Source: Vicugna vicugna (lineage: Eukaryota). From it: a stretch of 64,000 nt of DNA. The stretch lies in the NCBI GenBank assembly GCA_013265495.1, contig MU057865.1, forward strand, positions 62,001 through 126,000. Reading direction: 5' to 3'. Both the position numbers and the translations under genes were made by a program. A model generated the notes under the pieces. It worked only from the letters and a program-made list of their open reading frames with translations. It was not told the origin of the DNA and did not search any database. Position 1 is the stretch's first letter. Each line of letters begins with the position of its first letter. Below are positions 1-13,020 of the stretch, one piece after another.

Positions 1-1164
1 CAGGACTAATTGCTTTGCAATTTTAGAAAGTAAGACAAACAAACACTGCTAGGAAAGGTACATGTCAGTCATTAACATCTTAGTGTGAATTAATTTAAAC
101 AAAGAGAAATAGGCACCTATAAAATGGTGTGAAGAAAGGGAGAAAGAGTTATAGAAATGAGGCTGATGGAAACAGTTGCCGATATATTTTACCAAGGACG
201 TGGCTTGGCTAAAGACATATAGGCACTCTTGCCCCCAAAAAACTAACACAACACATGTCTTGCCCTATTGAGCCTATATATTTATTCAGTCTTTATCTAA
301 AAATCAAAGTCCTTGGTAGCTGGAAAAAAACAACTGTTTACAGTACTGATCATGTGGTCTTTGGCAGGTCTAATTTAACAGCATTTTCTAAAGAGAATAG
401 AATAATACTGTCTCATTTTCTCCCCTGATTTATTTTAGCATATTCTGACCTACTTCATATTTTTTTTCCTTTGCATTTTTCCTTCCTGCATGTTATGTAA
501 ACAGGCTACTGAGCTGGAGAAAATAAACCCCATTTGTTTTCCTGTCACCCTCTCTGAAGGATGGCGTGGAAGACCTGAATGCATTCATCGATCACACCTC
601 CCACTGTCTGCACAAAGCACTCATCCTACAGAAAAACTCATGGGAATCAGGAGGACACAAAAAGAAATTTCAGATGGCCCACCCCATCCCACCATCTTCC
701 TTAGGACTTTCCACCCCTGCATCCCATCTAGTTCACTCTTAAATAAACTTCGTCTCAAAACATTCATGAGAACACGTCACACTTGTTTAGCTCTGTCCCC
801 TCCACTATCTGATTCCTGCTCACAGGAGGCAAGCTGGGCTGCCACTGTTCCTTCCAGTGCAGCATAAGTTAAGTGTTGGCCTTTTGGTCAACCAGAACTG
901 GGACTAGAACCGGGTTTTAAGACCCCTAAATCAGTGGGTTTTTTTCTCCTTATGCGTTTGTCTCGTATTTGGGAATGATCTCTTTCTTCTCATCAGTTGT
1001 CTGGGTGCCACTTCCTGAGAATTTAGACCAGGAAGAGAGAACAGCTGAGAAATCTGGTCAACCAGTTTATGTGAATGCGATAGAGTGACCCAGCGATTTC
1101 CAAGATGCCTTCCAAAGAGAACAAGACTCCTCCTATTAGTTACTTCATTACTTGTTGGGCTTGT

Positions 1165-1312
1165 AGCTGGTAACCTGTGGCTTATGGTTCAGCAGGATTA
1201 GAATCACCTGGGAGCTTCTTAGTAAGGTAGACTTTTGGGCCCCACCCAGACATCCAAAATCATTAAGATGCATACATGATTCACATGCATATTAGCTTGA
1301 AAAACCTTGACC
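1165..1312. mobile_element. hAT-Charlie MITE fragment, MER5-like
   Basis: Contains ttagaatcacctgggagctt...tgggccccacccaga, typical of the MER5A family; boundaries approximate. Confidence 0.55.
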
Positions 1313-1989
1313 AAGCTGCTCATAAAGATTCTCTCCTTATTGCTCCTAACTATCCTAACGAAATGTTGCTGTGAGGGACCACTTAGTGAACAGGGCAGAT
1401 TCCTCCCACCATGGGCCCTGTTTGGCACCAGGAGAGGTGTCTCAACTTCGTCATTCTAACCAATGAAGGTTGCTGACACCCACGTCCAGATGGACTCTCC
1501 CCAAGAGACATCATGGCATTTCAACAGCACAGTATTTTAATCCTATGGTTTTCAAATCTTCTCTGTCTGCACCTATTTGAGTGTATTCATCCTCATATGA
1601 CTGTCTCGGGCATTTGAACTGTTCCTGGGGCCCAAGCCATGTTTTTGTTAGAGTGTGTGGGATAGTGCTTTTGAAAATATGACTGAGAGCCTCGTGTAAT
1701 TTGTTACAAAGCAAATCACTGGTAAACTCCAATGCATTGTTATTCCTAGTGATAACACAGTTTCAACACATGTCACATCCAGTCACAACCCATTTGTGAG
1801 CCCACCTCCTTAGACATAAAACTACTTTCTCCATCCCAGAGAATGTCAATTACAGCAGCTGGCAGGAGGGAGATTTGGGAAACAGAGGTGCTCATAGCAT
1901 CAATCATAGCCCCTATCTGACTACAGAAAGAATTCAGTTAACTTGTTTACTTAGGTCAAAACCTAAAGAGGGGAGGCTGTCCTTTATCA

Positions 1990-2494
1990 TGTTACAGCAA
2001 CCTGAATCCCGTCAAGAGACCAAGCAACACTCAGAGGGCTGGAGAACTCAGGTTCATTATGTCGGTGGGCCCAGAGGAGTTAATACACCAAGCTCTGGAC
2101 CCCAGCTGTAGGTTTACATAGGCTTTTATAGATTTGGTTTATATCATATGCAAATGAGGTGCTAGAAATGGACCAATCAGAATACACCAAGCTCTGGACC
2201 CCAGCTGTAGGTTTACATAGGCTTTTATAGATTTGATTTGTATCATATGCAAATGAGGTGTTAGAAATGGACCAATCAGGAGTGAGTTTTTGGAAACTAA
2301 TGGAATTTTAAGGGTAAATGCAAATTAGGTGTTAGAAATGGACCAAACAGGAATCAGCTTTGGGGAACGAATGGAATTTTAGGGGTAAGTTTCATTTTCC
2401 TAGAAGTAAGCCATTTTACAGAAGTGCAAAAGCAGGAAGGCAATGGCCCTACCTGGGAAGTCTTGCTGGTCCCTTCGTGGGTTTTGCCCCTTCA
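1990..2494 (-). mobile_element. Solo ERV1-class LTR (505 bp) with 4-bp TSD
   Basis: TG...CA termini; ATCA directly flanks both sides (1986-1989, 2495-2498); minus-strand TATA, CCAAT and octamer motifs inside. Confidence 0.85.
2082..2279. repeat. 99-bp tandem duplication inside the LTR
   Basis: 2082-2180 and 2181-2279 are direct copies differing at 3 positions. Confidence 0.95.
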
Positions 2495-2929
2495 ATCACA
2501 GTTCGTTGGTATAGATTCAAGTTGACTAACCTAGGGAAAGACTTAAGGAAGATGAAGATGAACACAGAGTAATTTAATAGCAGGAAACATCAGCTGTCCC
2601 AAGCATGGAAGCCTATGCAAAGTCTCAAGATCAAGGAAAGGAGCAATTAAAATGCTCTTCAAGTAGGCCTATTTGATTCAAGTCCAGGGCTTTGGACTGT
2701 AGTTGGCGAGTTGGGTAAGGTTGTGAGCTGGTTATGATTGGTCTCTGAAACCTTCTTTTCTCTTGCCCCACTCGCCACACCCCATTTAGTTTTTGATTCA
2801 CACCTTTGAGCCTTTCTCCTCTGTCCTTTTAGTACTACATATCCAGCTTCTTTTTCTTGCCATCCTCTGACAGTAAAGCTCTCAGGAAAGAAGAAAAAAA
2901 AATCTTATCTTGTTCACTTAAGTAAGCTA

Positions 2930-4057
2930 CTGTCACTGATGGGTGGAGTTAGGGTCCAGGGCTATTGTCCATCCACTGGTGGGTGAAGCCAGGTCCTGAA
3001 GTTAGTACCTGATTTCTGGCAGGAAGAACTGGGTCCTAGAATCTGGTGGCAGTATTTAGTGGTCCCAGAGCTGGTGTTGGATTGCTGGTGGGTAAGGCCA
3101 GTTCCTAACACAGTTGAGCATGGGAACCAGGGTGTCCCCTGCTAGTGGGCAGGGCTGGGGTCCAGCTGGTCCCAGGTCAGGGCCAGGCTTACTTGAGGGT
3201 AAGCCAGGTCCAAAGGCTGTGGGACTATGCTTTTCTTGTATCTGGTGTCTGTCCCCTGGTGGGTGAGGCTGGTCTGGAGGCTGAGGCAAGCTCCCTGGAA
3301 AGTAGGACCAGGGCCCAGGGGATTCTGGATCTGGTGCCTGCTACTGGTAGGAGAAGCTATGTCCCTGCCCAGTTGGTTGCTTGGCCTGAGTTATCCCAGT
3401 ACTTCTGCTGTTGCCAGGGTAGGGCTAGGCTCTGGGACTAATAGGCTAGAGAGAGGAATCCAAAATGGTGCTGGCCAGCACCAGTGTCCACAAGGTAGAA
3501 CAAGCTCTCCAGAATGGCTGCTGCCAGTGTCTGTGTCCCCTGTGTGAGCTGCAGTTGCCCCCTGCCTCTCCAGGAGACTCTCCAAGATGAGCGGGCAGAT
3601 CCGACCCAGGCTCTTATCAAATTATTGCTTCTGCCCCGGGTCCTGGCATGTGTGATATTTTGTGCACACTCTTTAAGAGTCAAGTCTATTTCCACCAGCC
3701 TGCTGGGACTCCCAAAAGTAAGCAAACGCTGCATGGGGGCTGATCTTCCTGGTGCAGGACCACCAGGCTGGGAGCCTGATGTGGGGCTTGGATTGCTCAC
3801 TCCTCTGGGAGAACCTCTGGAATTAGAGTTAACTGTGGGTTGCCAAGGGAATGGGATGTGACTATATTATGAGCCTGTCCCTCCTAGCCATCTCATTGTG
3901 GTTCCTTCTTTATATCTTTAGATGTAGAAGATCTTTTCCGGTAGGTTCTGGTCTTTATTTTTTAATTCCTGCAAATAGTTGTGATCTTGATGTGTTATGT
4001 GTCTATGAGAGGAGTCGAGCTCAGGGTCTTTTTACTCCACCATCTTGGCCAATCTCC
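2930..4057 (-). mobile_element. LINE-1 5' UTR (L1MA9/laurasiatherian-type 5' end), body absent
   Basis: Minus strand starts GGAGATTGGCCAAGATGGTGGAGTAAAAAGACCCTGAGCTC, a typical L1 5' terminus with a YY1-like AAGATGG; GC-richer 5'UTR-like sequence follows; left boundary approximate. Confidence 0.7.
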
Positions 4058-4077
4058 TTTATTAATTATCACAGATT

Positions 4078-4738
4078 TGAGACAGGAAGGGGGGCAGGGC
4101 ACAGCCATTCAATGAATGACACAGCAGTTAACACCAGAATGGCAGAAGATTCAACCCCCAGGAGGCCTTGAGGCTCAAATTGATGGGAGATTTGACGTCT
4201 AGTAGAACTTGAGCTTCATTATGCACCCATCGTAATATATCAACATGGTGAATAACACGCCCACAGGTGCCATGGCAGTCCCAAGGCTAGCCACAAAAGG
4301 TCAAAGAGTGGGAAACGGCCAACTTCCTGGGAATCCAAGCCTCTGCCCCAGGCTAGTTAGACTGGTCCTTCCACTTATTAGCATATAAAGCCAATGAGCC
4401 CATAAGAACTGGCAACATGGGGCATCACGGCCACCTTTCTGCTCCCTCCTCTTTGGAGACCACCCGCACTCTGTCTCTGGAGTGTGTATCTACTTTTACT
4501 CTAATCTGAGCCCCCAACCCCCACACCTCGGGGCCTTTCTCTCACCCTCTGAAACAGCCTACACTCTATGCACTATGTATCTCCCTAAATAAGCCTACCT
4601 TTACTCAACTGTGGCTTGTTCTTGAATTCTTTCCTGTGGGAAGCCCAGGACCCACACTTGCCAGGTCACATCCCAGGGGCTCAGCCGAGGCCTGGGACGT
4701 GGCCCTCCGCATGCCCCACACCCATTTTCCCTGCATCA
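4078..4738 (+). mobile_element. Solo ERV1-class LTR
   Basis: TGAGAC...GCATCA termini, TATA-like GCATATAAAG near 4381, degenerate polyA signal (AATAAG) near 4588, U5-like ttcttgaattctttcctg; no clean TSD. Confidence 0.7.
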
Positions 4739-4989
4739 CGTTGAATCTACCTCCGAAATGCTAGCGGCCAGGCACCCCCTGCTATTTCACTCTTGCTAAA
4801 GATGACATGGGGCTAGTTTCTTGTGCAATCTGCTTGAGCTATACAGCTCAACAGGTGATGAAAAGGGGATTCCCTTTAGCCTAAAGCATCATCATCTTCC
4901 CAGATCCGCAGGTTTGGAAACTCCAATATATCCTCAATGTCCTTCCCTTTCTCATTCCTGATCTATTTATAGCCAGCCCAATACTCTTC

Positions 4990-5442
4990 TTCCATTAGGC
5001 TGAGATCCCTGGGAAACAGATGGAATCCACAATTCAAGTTAAAATCTGTTTGAGATTTGTATCCAGGAAGTTGATTGAAGAGTGGTCTCAGGAATGATGC
5101 CCATGAGGAAAACGGGATTGGGCAAAGAGAACAGTTGAATCATGATGCGTTTGCAACAAAGTCTTTTGCTGACCATATGGGGAGATCTGGAGATGGGACA
5201 GCCCAATAGCGATGTTCTAAATTGAAGAAAGCGACCTCTCTACCTTACCTTGGCCAGCCATTCAATGCAAACTGGCCCAGGGAGTGCACTTAACCTTAGG
5301 CAAGGCAATTCCTTGTTCAGAGAGCAATTTCCAGAAAGCAACTCTTCTCTGATATTTCAAGAGCCATCACTTTGTGACCTGGAGAAATTAGTATTTTGGT
5401 CTTAAAGAGAAGTCTAGGAGGTCCACCCCAGGATCCACTACA
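4990..5442 (-). mobile_element. Old ERVL LTR (LTR16-like)
   Basis: Resembles the LTR16 family (ccctgggaaacaga...gggattgggcaaagagaacagttgaa...ggatccactaca). Confidence 0.55.
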
Positions 5443-8400
5443 CTTGTAAACTTTCAAATGCTTTCTGTTAGAAAAGTATTTTGTACTGAGATGTAGGATT
5501 CTTAAAGACAAAAAAAAAAATCCTACTTTTAATCTTTGAATTACACTGTTTTTCTACCACAATTTTGGAGGACTAAAATTCTTGCCTCACTCTGCAGACA
5601 CTAGTTATGCCATTTAAAAAAAAAAGAAATAAACAAAACAAGCAAATAAAATGGCACAAAAAGTAGAATTTTTACCTTAATGATCTGTAGCTGAAAAGCA
5701 GACTTTTATATGTTTTCTGGAGCATTCCACTGGTCAAATGTCACCAAAACAATTTCTGAGCCAACTTGCCCTCATTAGTCCTCTGAGTTGTCAATTACAA
5801 ATTTTTAAGAGACCTGCCCCCGACAGGCAGAGAGAACCTTGAAGACAGCCATTCCGTTGGCCCTCAGCATTTCCCATGGGGAACGTTTGAAACCTTGCCC
5901 ATCAACCAAAATAAACAGCTCTTCTCATGAATAGACCAAATGAAGGCCCTATAAATCATAGCTGCCAAAAGATGTCACTAGCATTGCAGAAGACTGAAAT
6001 CAATTCAAAATTCATTCGTTTTCCTGACAAGAGCTTAATCTTACGTTGTTTAATACCACCCCGGCGCCTCAGGTAGACCAGAAAGCTGCCAGAGGGCATC
6101 CTGGTTCCTGATGACAGAAACGCTCACTGTTTATGGCTTACTCTGCCCTTCTGACCATTGCCATGCTGTGGGCAGAAACTCTTGCCCGCTGCTTAGGGTC
6201 AAGTTGCCTGTGGTACGAGGCAGGAATCACTCTGCTGTTGTCACAGACTTTCACAGATATTAGTGTTATGCTTGGGTGCTTTGCAGACATTTCAGAAAAA
6301 AAGGACTCAGAGGTTACAAGTGAAGGGCTTCTGTACTGTATCTACAGTGAGTCAGGGCTTAAATATAGCTTTAAACCATCATCAAAAATAATTCCTCTGA
6401 CCGCAGGTTAGCAGGAACTCCTCTTTCCCTTTCACATGACCCCTAATATGACAGCTCTTCGGTGACCACATCTCCTACCCTAGTTCATTGTAATCAGATT
6501 TCAGTTACACACAAATGTTCAGGATTAGCTTTGATAAGCAGTGTGGGGCAGAGGCAGGAAAAGCAAAGGAGTCTAGACGGATTGTGGTCATAGCCTCCTG
6601 CACACAGAAAAAGGTCATCCTCCTTTTTTAGGTCCCAGAGAAGCTCCACAACCTGGCAAACATTGCTTTGGCCATGCTAGTCTCCAAATGCCCTCCCAAC
6701 CCACCAAAACATTCTGACAACCCTTTCTTCCCTGATCCCACTGAAAGGACTTTTTCACTGCCTGCCCAGGGCTTTCCTGGGCCTAAGCTCTTCAGGAAAC
6801 TGTATTTCTGTTCACACTAATGTTCTTTCAATGTGCTTCCAGGGCTTATATTGCCTGTGTACCTCATGGCTCTTACTATTACTTTGGCTATAACCATCTT
6901 TTCAAAATCAAAGAGCTGACACCCAAAGACTTCGTTAAAGACCAAAGTTTCTGAATCCACAATTCATTTTGATCAAGGGTGGTGGAAACATCCGTTTTCC
7001 AGCTAAAGGTGAATAGAATTTACATTTCTTTATTTTCAGTGTCCTTTTAAATTATGCAATTTTTAATAAGCATTTTAATGAGGTATTATTTCCATAATGC
7101 ATAAAATTTAAAACCATCTACCTAAGTATACCAAAAATCCCAGAGAACAGGCATTGTGACCCATACTCAAAGAATGTCTTCTTCCATCACTTAAATAATA
7201 CATCAAACTCAAAAAAAAAATTGTTTGCTATAAATTTTGAGGAAAAAAGTTGAAACTTTCTAATTCTAATACTATGTTACATTAACTCTTCAAATTAGAC
7301 TAAGCAGATGCATAATGGAGAGCAAGGGTGGTTTATAACCCTCACATATTGGGGATGCAAGTTAATTTTAGACTGTCTCCAAATGATATTTGTTTGTTTT
7401 GGAAAAATTGCTTGTACAATTTAAGTTCTCAAAAAGTGTCAGTTTATATAAAACAGCCAGAAAGCAACTAAGAAAATGGCATTGAGTACATGCTTATCAA
7501 TAATTACTAAAATGTAAATGGACTAAATTCTCCCATCAAAAGAGTCACTGAATGGATTAAAAAAAAAAAAGACCTATCTACATGTTGCCTAAAAAAAACT
7601 TACTTCAGATATAAGGGGACACACAGGCTGAAATTGAATGGATGAAAAAAAGATATTCCAGAAAAATGGAAAGCAAAATAAAGCTGGGGTGGCTATACTT
7701 AATAGACTTTAAAGCAAACACTCTAGTAAGAGACAAAGGAGGACATTACAAAACTATAAAAAGATATAACAAGAGGGTATAACGTTTGTGATAATTATGC
7801 ACCCAACATAGAAACACTGAAATATATAAAGTAAGTATGAACAGACCTAAAGGGAGAAATAGGCAGCAGTAGCAGGGGACTTTAACATCCCACTTACATT
7901 CATGGGTAGATTATCCAAACAGAAAATCAATCATTAGGTTTAAGTGACGTTTTATGGCAGAAGGACTTATACGACTAACATATCACCCAAAAGTAACAAA
8001 ATACACATTCTTCTCAAGCACACATGAAACATTCTCCTTTGCACAGCAAAGGAAACTATAGTGAAATTAAAAATCAACTTACATAAAATCAGAAATGAAA
8101 AAGAAGTTACAACTGACACCACAGAAATAAAAAGAATTACAAGAGACTATTATGAGCAACTATACACCAATAAAATGGATAATCTAGAAGAAATGGACAA
8201 ATTCTTCGAAAGGTACAATATCCCAAGACTGAACTAGGAAGAAATAGAAAATATGAATAGACCAATCACCAGGACTGAAATTGAATCAGTAATTTAAAAA
8301 CTCCCAACAAACAAAAGTCCAGGACCAGATGGCTTCAGAGGCAAATTCTACCAAACATTTAGATAAGAGTTAACAGCTATCATTCTGAAACTTTTTCCCA

Positions 8401-8574
8401 AAAAATTGCAGAGGAAAAAACATTTCCAAACTCATTCTATGAGGCCACTATCACCCTGATACCAAAACCAGAAAAATATATCACAAAAAAAGAAAATTAC
8501 TGGCCAGTATCACTGATGAACATAAAGATGCAAAAATCACCAACAAAAAACTAGCAAACCAACTCCAACAATAC

Positions 8575-9267
8575 ATGAAAAGGATCATACACCATGATCA
8601 AGTGTGGTTTATTCCAGGGATAAAAAGATTTTTTTTAATTCACAAATCAATCAATGTGATATACCACATTAAAAAACTGAAGAACAAAAGCAATATAATC
8701 ATCTCAATAGATGCAGAAAAAGCTTTTGACAAAATTCAACACCCGTTTACAATAAAAACTCTTCAGAAAGTGGGCATGGACGAAGTGCACCTCAACACAA
8801 TAAAGGCCATATATGAGCAACCCACAGCTAACATCATACACAATAATGAAAAACTGAAAACATTTCCTGTAAGATCAGGAACAAGAAAAGGATACCCTCT
8901 CTTGCCACTTTTATTCAACATAGTTTTGGAAGTCCTAGCCACAGCAATCAGAGAAGAAAAAGAAAGAAAAGGAATCCAAATTGGAAAAGAAGAAGTAAAA
9001 CTGTTACTGTTTGCAGATGACATGATACAATACATAGGAAATCCTAAAGACACTACTAGAAAACTTCTAGATCTCATCAATGAATTTGGTAAGTTTACAG
9101 GATACAAAATTAATACACAGAAATCTGTCACATTTCTATACACTAACAACAAATATCATAGAGATAAATTGAGGAAGCAATTCCATTTACCATCACATAA
9201 AAAAATAATAAAATACCTAGGAACAAATCTACTTAAGGAGGCAAAGAAACTGCTCTCCAAAAACTGA
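8575..9267 (+). pseudogene. L1 ORF2 reverse-transcriptase fragment (non-functional)
   Basis: 230-aa ORF with L1 RT motifs [38 protein letters not shown] and LFADDM; flanking ORF2 is broken by stops and frameshifts. Confidence 0.9.
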
Positions 9268-10971
9268 GACACTGATGAAAGAAACTGAAAACAGCACAGA
9301 TGGAAAGATATACCATGTAGTTGGACTGGAAGAATCAATATTATTAAAATGGCCCTACTACCCAAGGCAATCTACAGATTCAATGCAATCCCTATCAGAT
9401 TAGCAATGGTATTTTTCAAAAACTGGAAGAAAAAAATTTTAAATTTGCATGGAAACACAAGAGACTCCAAATAGCCAAAATAATCTTGAGAAAGAACAGG
9501 GCTGGAGGAATCATGCTCTCTGACTTCAGACGATACTACAAAGCTACAATAATCAAAACAGTATGTACTGTCACAAAAGCAGACATAGATCAATGGAACA
9601 GGATAGAAATTCAGGAAATAAACCCAGGCACTTATGGTCAATTAATCTACAAAAAAAAGAGGCAAGAGTATACAATGGAGAAAAGACAGTCTCTTCAATA
9701 AATGGTGCTTGGAAAACTGGACAGACACATGTAAAAGAATGAAAATAGAACATTCTCTAACACCATATACAAAAATAATCTCAAAATGGATTGCAGATCT
9801 AAATGTAAGGCCAAATACTATAAAACTCCTAAAGGAAAATGTAGGCAGAACATTCTTTGGCATAAAACACAGCAATATTTTTGAATCTGTCTCCTAGAAT
9901 GATGGAATGAAAGCAAAAATAAACAAATAGGACCTAATTAAACTTAAAAGCTTTTGCGTAGCAAAGAAAATCATAAACAAAATAAAAAGACAACCTACAA
10001 AATGAGAGAAAATATTTGCAACTGATGTGACTGACAAAGGATTGATTTCCGAAATATAGAAACAGTTCACACAGCTCAATATCAAAAATACAAACAACTC
10101 AATCAAAAAAATGGGCAGAAGATCAAATAGACATTTCACCAAAGAAGATATACTGATGACCAACAGGCACATAAAAAGATGCTCCACATCACTAATTATT
10201 TGAGAAATGCAAATCAAAACTACAAGGAGGTATCACTTCACACCAGTCAGAATGGCCATCATATAAAAGTCTACAAATAATAAATGCTGGAGAAGGTGTG
10301 GAGAAAAAGGAACCCTCCTACACTGTTGGTGGGAATGTAAATTGGTACAGCCACTGTGGAGGACAGTACGGATGTTTATTAAAAAACTAAAAATAGACTT
10401 ACCATACGATCCAGCTATCCCACTCTCAGGCATATATCTGGAGAAAACTCTAATCTGAAAAGACACATGCACCCCTATGTTCATAGCAGCACTTTTTATC
10501 ATAGTCAAGACATGAAAGCAACCTAAATGTCCATCTACAGATGAATGGATTATAAGAAAAATGTGTGTGTGTATATATATATACACATACACACACAGTG
10601 GAAAACTACTCAGCCATCAAAAGGAATGAAATAATGTCATTTGCAGCAACATGGATGGACCTAGAGATTATCATACTAAGTAAAGTTAAGTCAGTCAGAT
10701 TGGTCAGAGAGAGACAAACATCATATGATATCACTTATACGTGGAATCGAAAAAAATGACACAGACTTATTTACAAAACAGAAAAACACTCCTAGACATA
10801 GAAAAGAAACTTATGGTTACCAGAGGGGAAAGAGGGGAGGGAGGGATTAATTGGGAGTTTGGGATTGGCTGATACAAACTACTATGTACAGAATAGATAA
10901 ACAACAAGGTCCTACTGTGTAGCACAGAGAACTATATTCAATGGCTTGTAACCTGTAATGAAAAAGAAGAT

Positions 10972-11026
<55 letters not shown>
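10972..11026. repeat. (GATA)n tetranucleotide microsatellite in L1 3'UTR
   Basis: About 13 consecutive GATA units. Confidence 0.95.
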
Positions 11027-11719
11027 GACTGAATCACTATGCTGTACATCAGAAACTAAAACAATATTGTAATTCAAAAAATTTCAATTAAAAAATAAAG
11101 AGAAAAAATAAAATAAACTATAAAAATCAGCCTGTAAAGTGAGAGGAAAATATTGCAAATCATAAATCTGATAAGGGCCTAATACCCAAAATATATATAA
11201 TCCAATAGCAAAACAAACAATCTGATTTTAAAAAATGGCAGAGGATCTGAATAGAATTTTTTCCAAAAAAGACATATAGATGGATAACAGGTTCATGAAA
11301 AGATGTTCAGTATCACTAATGATCAAGGAAATGCAAATCAAAACCACAAGAAGATATCAGCTCACATAGGTTTCAATAGCTGTTATCAAAAAGACAAGAA
11401 ACAACAGGTGCTGGAGAGAACGCTTAGCAAAGGAAACCTTTCCGCATTGCTTGTGGGAATGTAAATTGGTGCAGTCACTGTGGAAAACAGTATGATGCTT
11501 CCTCAAAAAAGGAAAAATAAAACTGCCATATGATCCAGCAATTCCACTTCTGAATATTTACCTAAAGAAAACAAAAATAGTCATTTGAAAATATATATGC
11601 ATTCCCCTGCTCGTTGCAGCATTATTTACAATAGTCAAAATTTGCCAACAAACAGCAGCGAAGATATGGAAACAACCTAAAGGTTCACTGATGGATAAAT
11701 GGATAAAGGAAATGTGCAA

Positions 11720-11746
11720 AACACACACACACACACACACACACAC
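11720..11746. repeat. (CA)n microsatellite
   Basis: Pure CA run. Confidence 0.9.
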
Positions 11747-13020
11747 AGGAATATTAATCAGATATGAAAAAGGAAATTTTGCCATTTATGACAACAGAGA
11801 TGGACCTCGAGGGCATTATGCTAAGTGAAATAAATCAGACAGAGAAAGACACACTATATTATCTCACTTACATGTGGAATGTAAAAAACAACAGCAATAG
11901 AAAAACAACATCATAGATATGGAAAACTGGTGATTAACTGAAGCGTGCAGTGGAGGTGACAAAATGGGTGAAGGAAGTCAACAGGTACAAACTTTCATTT
12001 ATAAAATAAATAAATCATGGGGGTGCAATGTACAGCATGGTGACCATAGTTAGTAACACTGTATTGCATATTTGAAAGTAGCTAAGAGAGTAAATCTTAA
12101 AAGTTCTCATCACAAGAAAAAAAAAGTGTAACTATGTATAGAGCAACATGTTAACTAGACTTGTGGTGATCATTTTGCAATATATACAAATATTGAATCA
12201 CTATGTTCTACACCTGATAAACGCATTACATGTCAATTTTATTATAAAATGAATTTAAAAAAAGTGTCAGTTCATTAAGTATCTTTAATCCAACAAATTT
12301 AGCAATTGATTTTTCTTTACTTTGATTCAACGGCTTATTGAATTTACTGGTTAACTCAGTCAAATGTTCAAAGATGGTTCCACATTGAACTATGATCACA
12401 AAGCAGGCTAACTAATCTTAAAATGGGAGGACTTGAGAAAAACAAATCAAAATAATTCATATTAACAGAGTTGATTGTGAGGTACAACACATATGCTGGC
12501 ACCATGCAAACAATCATATTTCATATTCTGGCCAGTTAAGGATTTACAGGCACAGCTCCGACAACGGCAGTGAACACAAACATCATGTATCAATAAATCT
12601 TGCCTATTGTAAGGGTCACAATTCTTAAGGGAATAATTATGTAAATAAGTCTATTTTCTTTATTGAACTAGGCAGTCATTAGGATTTAAGAATAGAGTGC
12701 CCAGAATCTTTGATTTTCCATAGTGTTCTTGTGTCTATATGGGTGTGTTTATATGAGGCGAAGGCAGTAGATAAGAGTAAAGTATGCCAAGGTGTGGACA
12801 GAGACCCATGGAAACCTGAGTAAGCAAGTGCCTCTGAAAATATCAGCCCTGTTCATTCCATCATCAGAAACATCATTTTGACCAATAGATCTTCTTAAAA
12901 AAAACACACACACACTCTTGAAAGATTAAATACAATTCACTCACCACGTGAATTATATTAACAAATTTGTTAAGTTCTGCTAAAGACGTAAAAGGATCAC
13001 CAGAAGTGTTATTTTGTTGT

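Larger units (their letters stand above)
8085..11120 (+). mobile_element. Younger 5'-truncated cetartiodactyl LINE-1 nested in the older L1
   Basis: Continuous ORF2 (RT to C-terminus), 3'UTR and A-rich tail; flanked by a decayed TSD taaaaatcaacttaca / taaaaatcagcctgta. Confidence 0.85.
7445..12258 (+). mobile_element. Older LINE-1 (L1MA9-like 3' end), internally deleted, hosting a nested L1
   Basis: 14-bp TSD AAAAAGTGTCAGTT at 7431-7444 and 12259-12272; degenerate ORF2 endonuclease-region sequence ~7470-8037; ORF2 C-terminal region and 3'UTR resume at ~11121. Confidence 0.85.

Noticed and set aside
2082..2350. Repeated units as a CRISPR-like array
   Set aside because: Two adjacent 99-bp copies plus a partial U3 repeat inside a mammalian LTR; no spacers and no cas genes.
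3056..4171. Cluster of overlapping 64-120 aa ORFs
   Set aside because: They lie in the GC-richer L1 5'UTR, where chance ORFs are expected; no recognisable domains.
8575..9267. 230-aa reverse transcriptase ORF as a novel RT system or domesticated gene
   Set aside because: It is an ordinary L1 ORF2 segment with substitutions in conserved motifs, bounded by frameshifts and stops.
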